In this document: positions 57,521 through 64,000 of the stretch, in pieces
How positions within the stretch are numbered: the stretch's first letter is position 1
How the letters are laid out: each line of letters starts with the position of its first letter
Virus record (IMG/VR): IMGVR_UViG_3300011008_000003
DNA from: a virus
Lineage: Duplodnaviria; Heunggongvirae; Uroviricota; Caudoviricetes
Direction: 5' to 3' (one strand)
DNA length: 64,000 nt
The notes under the pieces: model-generated
Told to the model about the DNA's origin: nothing
The model's input: the letters and a program-made list of their open reading frames with translations, nothing else
Databases searched by the model: none
Program-made: the position numbers and the translations under genes

Positions 57521-58554
57521 TAACTGTAACTAAACCTAAATTACCGAATCTATCAGAATTAATGCCGATGTTGGAAAACATCTGGCATTCTGGTATTATA
57601 ACGAACAACGGTTCATATTGCAAAGAATTTGAACAAAGATTATCAGAATATCTCGATACTCCGTATGTTTCCGTTGTATCTAATGCCACAAACGGCTTAT
57701 TATTAGCCCTGAAGGCCTTAAATATATCAGGGGATGTAGTTACTAGCCCATACAGTTTTGCGGCCACAGAGAACGTTTTACGCTGGTTAAATCTCAATCC
57801 GATAATGGTCGACACCGATGAGCTCGGTAATATAGATCCGGATAAGATTGAACAGGCAATAACGAAGAATACTACGGCAATTCTGCCTATTCACGTATAT
57901 GGAAGACCGTGTGATACAGAAAAAATTCAGAATATAGCAAATAAGTATAATCTGAAAGTTATTTACGATGCAGCACATGTTTTTGGTGTCAAGGTTGATT
58001 TCGGTGATGTCAGTGTCATAAGCATGCATGCGACGAAGGTATTCAATACATGTGAAGGCGGAATTGTAATATCTAAAACAGCGGAAATAAAAAAGAAAAT
58101 TGACTTACTCCGTAATTTTGGGATAGAGGATGAAGAAACTGTAAGCGAATACGGAATCAATGCGAAACTGGATGAAATACGAGCCGCGATTGGTATATTG
58201 AATCTAAAAACAATAGATTCAGATATTATGGAACGTAAAGCAATTTTCGAAAAATATAGAACTGGTTTAAAAGATGTTCCAGGAATAAGAACCTTGGACA
58301 ATAGTTATAACGGTTCTTATTTTCCGATATTCATTGACGAAAAATTATACGGACATAATAGAGATTATCTTTATGAAATGTTTAAATCGGAAGGAATACT
58401 GGCAAGAAAATATTTTTACCCGATTCGATATAAACTTGAAATATCGTCCAGGCTTTCAAATACGGTTTTGTGTTTACCGATATATCCAGGTCTTGAAGAT
58501 ATAACGATTGAAAAGATTGTGAATCTAATTCATAACATTAGAAAAACGGATTGA
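57517..58554 (+). CDS. DegT/DnrJ/EryC1/StrS-family PLP-dependent sugar aminotransferase (WecE-like)
   Basis: SPYSFAATENV, IHVYGRPCD, DAAHVFG and the PLP-lysine context SMHATKVFNTCEGG. Confidence 0.85.
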   Translation: MITVTKPKLPNLSELMPMLENIWHSGIITNNGSYCKEFEQRLSEYLDTPYVSVVSNATNGLLLALKALNISGDVVTSPYSFAATENVLRWLNLNPIMVDTDELGNIDPDKIEQAITKNTTAILPIHVYGRPCDTEKIQNIANKYNLKVIYDAAHVFGVKVDFGDVSVISMHATKVFNTCEGGIVISKTAEIKKKIDLLRNFGIEDEETVSEYGINAKLDEIRAAIGILNLKTIDSDIMERKAIFEKYRTGLKDVPGIRTLDNSYNGSYFPIFIDEKLYGHNRDYLYEMFKSEGILARKYFYPIRYKLEISSRLSNTVLCLPIYPGLEDITIEKIVNLIHNIRKTD

Positions 58555-58591
58555 GCTTGTCAATCCGTTATTAGATAATAATATTTGATTT

Positions 58592-59320
58592 TTAATAATC
58601 TTTAGCTAATTCTTGTTTAATTTGTTCAGTTGTATAGCCTTTAAAATCTTCATAATATGACTGTGCATTATATTTACCAAAGGCCCTTACTAATAGATTA
58701 AATCGATTTTTTAAGTCCTCTAAACGAGTTATTATTTCTTTACGTGATAATTCAGAGGAAAGATCTGCAATGACATCATAAGCTTTTTCTATTGTAGTTT
58801 CAAGACTATCGGATAAATCAATATCATCTAAATGTAATTCAAAAACATTAATTATATACGAGTCATAACTGTCCCCAGTATACCAAAATGTTGGTACTGA
58901 ATTTCTCGTTTTATACTCTGGGAAAATATCAGAAACATCTGTACCTATAAAAGTATCAAATGTATCATTACGTCTTCCATAAGCAAATGCAGGTCCTATT
59001 ATTATACGATCATCATTATAAATTACTTCAAAAGTATTTATTATAGTACCTTTTTCAGCAGATAATCTTTCAAAAACATGTTCCAATATGGCACGTTTTC
59101 GGCCAGTTTTATCTTTTACATCGCCAGCATTATAGAAAAGTGTCCGTTTGTCTTCTAGATCTTGTCTTGCAGATTGTACTTCATCGTCATTAGTCCATCC
59201 TGAATGTGGTCTTATATATTTAAAATCCCTTTCATATCGAGTTGTCCTATAAGGACGAGGACGTGCTTCGACGAGATAGTTATTTTCTTTAAGAATTCGT
59301 TTTGCTGTTTCTAAATCCAT
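58592..59320 (-). CDS. hypothetical protein
   Basis: 242 aa ORF convergent with the aminotransferase gene. Confidence 0.4.
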   Translation of the reverse strand: MDLETAKRILKENNYLVEARPRPYRTTRYERDFKYIRPHSGWTNDDEVQSARQDLEDKRTLFYNAGDVKDKTGRKRAILEHVFERLSAEKGTIINTFEVIYNDDRIIIGPAFAYGRRNDTFDTFIGTDVSDIFPEYKTRNSVPTFWYTGDSYDSYIINVFELHLDDIDLSDSLETTIEKAYDVIADLSSELSRKEIITRLEDLKNRFNLLVRAFGKYNAQSYYEDFKGYTTEQIKQELAKDY

Positions 59321-59423
59321 AATTTTCTCTATTTATTTTATATTATTTATAGTTAATCTAATAAAAATCAGATATTTTAACCTTATTGAATATGTTTACG
59401 AAAATTTACTATATTTTACATAT

Positions 59424-60296
59424 ATGAATTACAATAATCCCGATTTACGCATATTAAATATCACGCATTCGGACATGGACGGTATCGCATGTTCGATTGT
59501 TCTCAAAAACTTCTACAAGACAGTCCATGTCCTTCCGACCAACTACAATACCGAATGGAAGCTTGCAGACGACGCCAAGGCTTACGAGGGAAAGTACGAT
59601 ATTATTATCTGTACCGATTTTTGCCCGACCAAGGCTTATGCTGACATCTGTAAACTTGGACATGTCCTTGTAATCGACCATCATGAATCAGTCATGGACC
59701 GAAACAATAACGAAACCATCGTTATCAATACACAATGGTCTGCTACTGCCCTGGTCCATAAGTTCATCAGCAAGTTCAAGAATATCTCATATCTTGATAA
59801 CTTCGTGAAGCTTGTAGATGACTGGGATATGTTCCGTTTGAAGGATCCGCGTTCACCGTTCTTCAATAACATGTTCTGGGAAATGGGTAACAAGTGGTTC
59901 CTTCGTCGATTCATTAAAGGAAATTTGGAATTTTATCCGGAAGAAAAGCAATACTTTGTCGATTCCCGTAATGAATTCAAGGAAATGTATGAAACCCTTG
60001 AAATTATTGACCTTGCTCAGCATGGCGTATTTTTCGAAACAGATAGATTTATGCATGACTGTATTGAATCTCTGAAGAAAGACGGTTACAAGTGGTTCAT
60101 TATCAAGAATAAGAGCAATCTTTCTATCAGGTGTGACGATATTGACTTGACCGATGTTTTCAAGAAACTCGGTAAGGGCGGAGGTCACGTTCATGCTGGC
60201 GGATTGCCGCTTTACAAGAATGACAATATTCAGGAAATTATCGAGCAGATTGAACGAATAATTGACGCTGAATATCGAAACTTAGAGAATATGTAA
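59424..60296 (+). CDS. DHH/DHHA1 phosphoesterase (NrnA-like nanoRNase/pAp phosphatase family)
   Basis: DHH motifs HSDMDG and VIDHHES; C-terminal DHHA1 GGGH (KGGGHVHAGG). Confidence 0.75.
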   Translation: MNYNNPDLRILNITHSDMDGIACSIVLKNFYKTVHVLPTNYNTEWKLADDAKAYEGKYDIIICTDFCPTKAYADICKLGHVLVIDHHESVMDRNNNETIVINTQWSATALVHKFISKFKNISYLDNFVKLVDDWDMFRLKDPRSPFFNNMFWEMGNKWFLRRFIKGNLEFYPEEKQYFVDSRNEFKEMYETLEIIDLAQHGVFFETDRFMHDCIESLKKDGYKWFIIKNKSNLSIRCDDIDLTDVFKKLGKGGGHVHAGGLPLYKNDNIQEIIEQIERIIDAEYRNLENM

Positions 60297-60298
60297 AA

Positions 60299-60332
60299 GA
60301 AAACCGGGATTAAGTCCCGGTTTTTATTTTTA
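60299..60332. terminator. bidirectional terminator (ccggga-ttaag-tcccgg)
   Basis: Hairpin with flanking A-run and T-run between convergent genes. Confidence 0.7.
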
Positions 60333-62360
60333 TTGAACAATCGCTTCAAGTGTTCCAGATATTGGTAATCCAACATTGAATTCATATATTGTATCACCGT
60401 CAGCTGAAATATTCGTAGGCCAAACAGTAACATCGTATATACCTGCACTAGTAGAAGATGCTGCAGTAATATAACTGCCATCAGTCCAGTCAATTGTGTC
60501 GTTATAACCAGAATGAATAACTTCATCTGGAGTTTCATAGTAATACTTATAGCTATTAGACTTAGGCGTAGCGAATTCTGGAGAAGTAGCACTCACACCG
60601 AAGTAAAATTTATTATCTTCGACATAACCAAAAGGTTGAATATCTTCAATAGAATATACCTTGAATGCTAATGAAACTTCATGCGATTTAACAGTCTTAG
60701 TTTCATCATAAACCTTAGTCCAGTAAACCATCAGATAATGTTCACCAGGTTCAAGGTCCTTAATACTAATATCGAATCCACTAGTGCCGTTCACATCAAT
60801 AATTGTGCCGTTATCTATGCGATAATGCATAGTGCAATCGCCGAAGCTATATCCGAAGCTCAAATGAATATTATTTTCAGAAAAATCAATAGAAGATGGA
60901 AGTGCTTCAGCAAACTTAGGAGCTGCCTTGACTTCGGTAACGAATGTCAAACCTTCAGTATTGTTATTACCGACAGGCGTAGCAGATAACATACATGGAA
61001 TAATATCTGTTCTAACATCTTCATAATTATATGGATCATAAGTCAAATGATTGCAATATAAAAGCCCGGCTTCGACACTTGCAGGAGAACATTCGTCAGT
61101 AAATGTATAACCGCTTGTTCCAGAAGCTTCGATTTCATACTTAGTTGCCAAAGCCAATGCTTCAGTTGGACCGTATGCAGAAATGATAACGGGTTCTGTT
61201 GCACATTCATCGATTTGAATTTCGACATCTTTTCGCATGTTACAGTCTTGAATTTCAGTATCACCGTTCATAAAATGAATAGAATTATCAACTGTCTGTT
61301 GGTCATGTTCATAATAGTCAGTAGGTTCGAAATTCATTTCGATTTCATCAAGATACGGAAGACGTTCAACAGTAATAGATGTCTTTTGCGACAGGTTATC
61401 AAGCTTATCAAATGCAGCAACCTTACAATTATGTGTACCGTAAGAAATATCCATATCGCTTAAGTTAATGGCACTTGTATAAGATGTCAATTTTACTTCA
61501 TCATTCTCAAGAACATAATAACCAGAAATATATTCTGCCATTTTCTTTGGTTTAGTCGTAGCTGTTGCAGTATCACGCTGATTATATGTACTTGCATCAA
61601 GGTCAAATAAGTCCATATTGCTATTAAATGTACCGCCGATTTCAACAGGTGCGGTATATGCCAATTCATAATCATTCTTAGCATAAGCCCTAACAGTATA
61701 TGTACCGACGTCTTTATCTAAAATAAATGATGGAACATCATTTGCGGAAACAAATTTTTGGATAGTTCCGTCAGGATTAGTAACTTCATAACCGAATTCA
61801 AATGTATGTGTAATATCATTGAGTTCATCAAAATCGCCTGAAACTTTCTGCGTAGAAAAACCATAATCTGCATCAGCATAGGTATGATTTCTTGTTATAG
61901 TAACATTAAATCCGTTAATCTTATCTTCCATCGGCAAGACAGTCACAGTTATAATGGACGGAGAACCGGCAGCGATGTCACCTTCAGGATATACGGAGAT
62001 TTTATATGTGCCTGGACGTAAGAACGGAGAAATAATAGTTTCTCGAACTTCTGAATGTCCTTCTTCAGTTTCATAGACAGTCGTAACAGAAGTAGAAGTA
62101 TTCTTACATTTAATCTTATAATAATTGACATCGGGAATATGTTCACCTTCGACATCCCATGTCAACTTATCACAGTTAACATCAATACCCTCTGCATATT
62201 CAAGATTTGTAGCAGATACGTTACGAACTGGGTCAATTTCGGCTTCACGCATAAAACGAGACAGCTGAAGGTTTTCCCAGAGTTGGCGGAGTTCTTCTTC
62301 AGTGAAGTTTTGGTCTGTACTAGCAACAAGATTTATTAACGGTTTTTTCATGAATACCAC
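60330..62360 (-). CDS. large structural protein with Ig-like/beta-sandwich repeats (decoration or fibre protein candidate)
   Basis: 676 aa, Thr/Ser/Tyr-rich beta-strand-like composition, minus-strand TATAAATA upstream. Confidence 0.45.
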   Translation of the reverse strand: MVFMKKPLINLVASTDQNFTEEELRQLWENLQLSRFMREAEIDPVRNVSATNLEYAEGIDVNCDKLTWDVEGEHIPDVNYYKIKCKNTSTSVTTVYETEEGHSEVRETIISPFLRPGTYKISVYPEGDIAAGSPSIITVTVLPMEDKINGFNVTITRNHTYADADYGFSTQKVSGDFDELNDITHTFEFGYEVTNPDGTIQKFVSANDVPSFILDKDVGTYTVRAYAKNDYELAYTAPVEIGGTFNSNMDLFDLDASTYNQRDTATATTKPKKMAEYISGYYVLENDEVKLTSYTSAINLSDMDISYGTHNCKVAAFDKLDNLSQKTSITVERLPYLDEIEMNFEPTDYYEHDQQTVDNSIHFMNGDTEIQDCNMRKDVEIQIDECATEPVIISAYGPTEALALATKYEIEASGTSGYTFTDECSPASVEAGLLYCNHLTYDPYNYEDVRTDIIPCMLSATPVGNNNTEGLTFVTEVKAAPKFAEALPSSIDFSENNIHLSFGYSFGDCTMHYRIDNGTIIDVNGTSGFDISIKDLEPGEHYLMVYWTKVYDETKTVKSHEVSLAFKVYSIEDIQPFGYVEDNKFYFGVSATSPEFATPKSNSYKYYYETPDEVIHSGYNDTIDWTDGSYITAASSTSAGIYDVTVWPTNISADGDTIYEFNVGLPISGTLEAIVQ

Positions 62361-62489
62361 ACTTATTTTTATTATTTATAATTTTCTGGACCATATAAAT
62401 AAGATGTACCTGTAGAGTTATACAGGAAAATTTCAGAAGAATTGTAAAAAAATTTTTATAATAGAATTAAATTTCTATATTTTACCTAT

Positions 62490-63974
62490 ATGGAATACGA
62501 TATAACTATACAAAAGCAGAATAATTCCTATGTTCAGCTTCATTGCGATGAAAGCTTGAACCACAAAATTTACTGCTTATTTTCAGCATTTCAGCCAGGC
62601 TATAGATTCAACCCGAGATATAAACTAAAACTCTGGGATGGAAAGATTCATTGCTATAGTCCGATTACACAGCTCTTGCCGATTGGCTTAGTTGATAATC
62701 TGTTAAACTGGTGTAAAAAGAACAATTATACCTACAAGCTATTCGGTCTTGACGATTTTAAAGATACGATAAGTTATGCAGATATGAAAAATGAGGTAAA
62801 TTCTCAGATTACAAAATTCGATGCAAGAGATTATCAGCTTAGCGCGATTTATCAGGCTTTGACTAATAAACGCGGAGTATTGCTTTCTTGTACGGGTTCT
62901 GGTAAATCTCTTATGATTTACGGGATTTTGAAATATCTGATTAACCGTAAAAATAAGCGTCATCTTTTGCTTATTGTTCCGAGTGTTTCTCTAGTCGAAC
63001 AGATGTATTCTGACTTTATCGATTATGGTTGGAAAAACATTGAAAACGATGTCGAAAAGCTTTATTCCGGAATGGATCCGACATACAGAACTCCAGTTCT
63101 AATTTCTACTTGGCAGAGTCTTGAAAATCAGGATAAAGATTTCTTTGCCGATTTCCAAGGAGTGATTGTCGACGAATGTCACGGTACGAAAGCTAACGTT
63201 GTTTCTCGACTTTTAAAGCAGTGTCTGAGTGCCGATTATAAGATTGGTACTACTGGTACTTTGCCGACTGAAACAGCAGACCAGCTTATGATTAACGGCG
63301 TTCTCGGAAACGTCATTTATGAGCTTAAATCCAAGCAGCTTATTGAACTTGGCTATCTGACAAAAATTGTTGTGGCGAGTATTTTTATCAAATATCCTGA
63401 GGAATTCATAAAGGCAAATAAGGATAGAACATATCAAGAAGAAGTAAAGGTTGTTGAAGAAACTCCTGAGCGAAATAGGTCATTGAATTTCGTTATTGAC
63501 CATTCTAAACCGACCGATAATATTTTGATTCTTGTCAACCATAAGGATCATTTGAAATCTGTTAAGGAATATCTGAATCTTGTATATCCTGACCGTAAGG
63601 TAAGTATTATCATGGGCGAAGTGAAAGCCAAGGAACGTGAAAGTATACGTACAGGAATTGAAGACGAAGACGGTACATTATTGCTTGCTACATACGGTAC
63701 AGTTTCGACCGGTATTAACATTCCGAAATTGCATGCCGTTATGCTTTATGCTAACAGTAAATCTCGTATCAAGGTCTTGCAGTCTATCGGTCGTGGACTT
63801 CGAAAACACGTTTCGAAAAACAAGGTCATTATCTACGATATTATTGACGATTTGTCTTATAAAACTCGTACTGGAAAAGCTCACAAAAACTACTGTATGC
63901 AACATTATGATGAACGTTTGTCGTACTATACTGAGCAAGAATTTCCAGTTGTAGAAACTACGATAAATCTCTAA
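62490..63974 (+). CDS. SF2 DNA helicase, UvsW-like
   Basis: ARDYQ (Q-motif), GSGKS Walker A, DECH Walker B and LATYGTVSTGINIP motif VI-like region. 494 aa. Confidence 0.7.
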   Translation: MEYDITIQKQNNSYVQLHCDESLNHKIYCLFSAFQPGYRFNPRYKLKLWDGKIHCYSPITQLLPIGLVDNLLNWCKKNNYTYKLFGLDDFKDTISYADMKNEVNSQITKFDARDYQLSAIYQALTNKRGVLLSCTGSGKSLMIYGILKYLINRKNKRHLLLIVPSVSLVEQMYSDFIDYGWKNIENDVEKLYSGMDPTYRTPVLISTWQSLENQDKDFFADFQGVIVDECHGTKANVVSRLLKQCLSADYKIGTTGTLPTETADQLMINGVLGNVIYELKSKQLIELGYLTKIVVASIFIKYPEEFIKANKDRTYQEEVKVVEETPERNRSLNFVIDHSKPTDNILILVNHKDHLKSVKEYLNLVYPDRKVSIIMGEVKAKERESIRTGIEDEDGTLLLATYGTVSTGINIPKLHAVMLYANSKSRIKVLQSIGRGLRKHVSKNKVIIYDIIDDLSYKTRTGKAHKNYCMQHYDERLSYYTEQEFPVVETTINL

Positions 63975-64000
63975 CTCAATTTATAAATATAAAACACAAG

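Overview
Low-GC myovirus-like phage region, T4-like in its replication and late-expression logic. Recognisable proteins include a gp17-like terminase ATPase domain, gp21-like prohead protease, gp32-like SSB, gp41/DnaB-like helicase, candidate gp59 loader, gp56-like dCTPase, UvsW-like helicase and anaerobic RNR NrdD/NrdG. Many TATAAATA late-promoter boxes are present. The baseplate module runs in P2-like order (central spike, gp25/W, gp6/J-like). Three blocks look accessory or novel. (1) A very AT-rich roughly 11 kb sugar-biosynthesis and transferase locus at 47.5-58.6 kb, immediately beside the replication genes. It holds four paralogous GT92-like DxD glycosyltransferases, a WecF-like transferase, a DegT/WecE-like aminotransferase, an SDR, two ATP-grasp ligases and two radical SAM enzymes. 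(2) A self-contained four-gene membrane operon at 39.0-42.6 kb encoding an SPFH/flotillin protein, a LemA protein and two membrane proteins, with its own sigma70-like promoter and terminator. (3) A hypervariable small-gene island at 25.6-29.8 kb with a Nudix hydrolase, an NPPY methylase-like protein, tandem paralogs and an HNH endonuclease. Other points: the terminase ORF contains only the ATPase domain; nrdD and nrdG are separated by a PQ-loop/SemiSWEET-like membrane protein and a truncated paralog of the putative major capsid protein; a tail-fibre gene carries a near-identical ~125 bp intragenic direct repeat; and recurring TATAAATA-N4/7-ATG arrangements suggest leaderless late mRNAs. No rRNA or CRISPR was seen and no tRNA was recognised by eye. 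All calls rest on motif and recall-level similarity read from the translations; no database search was possible.
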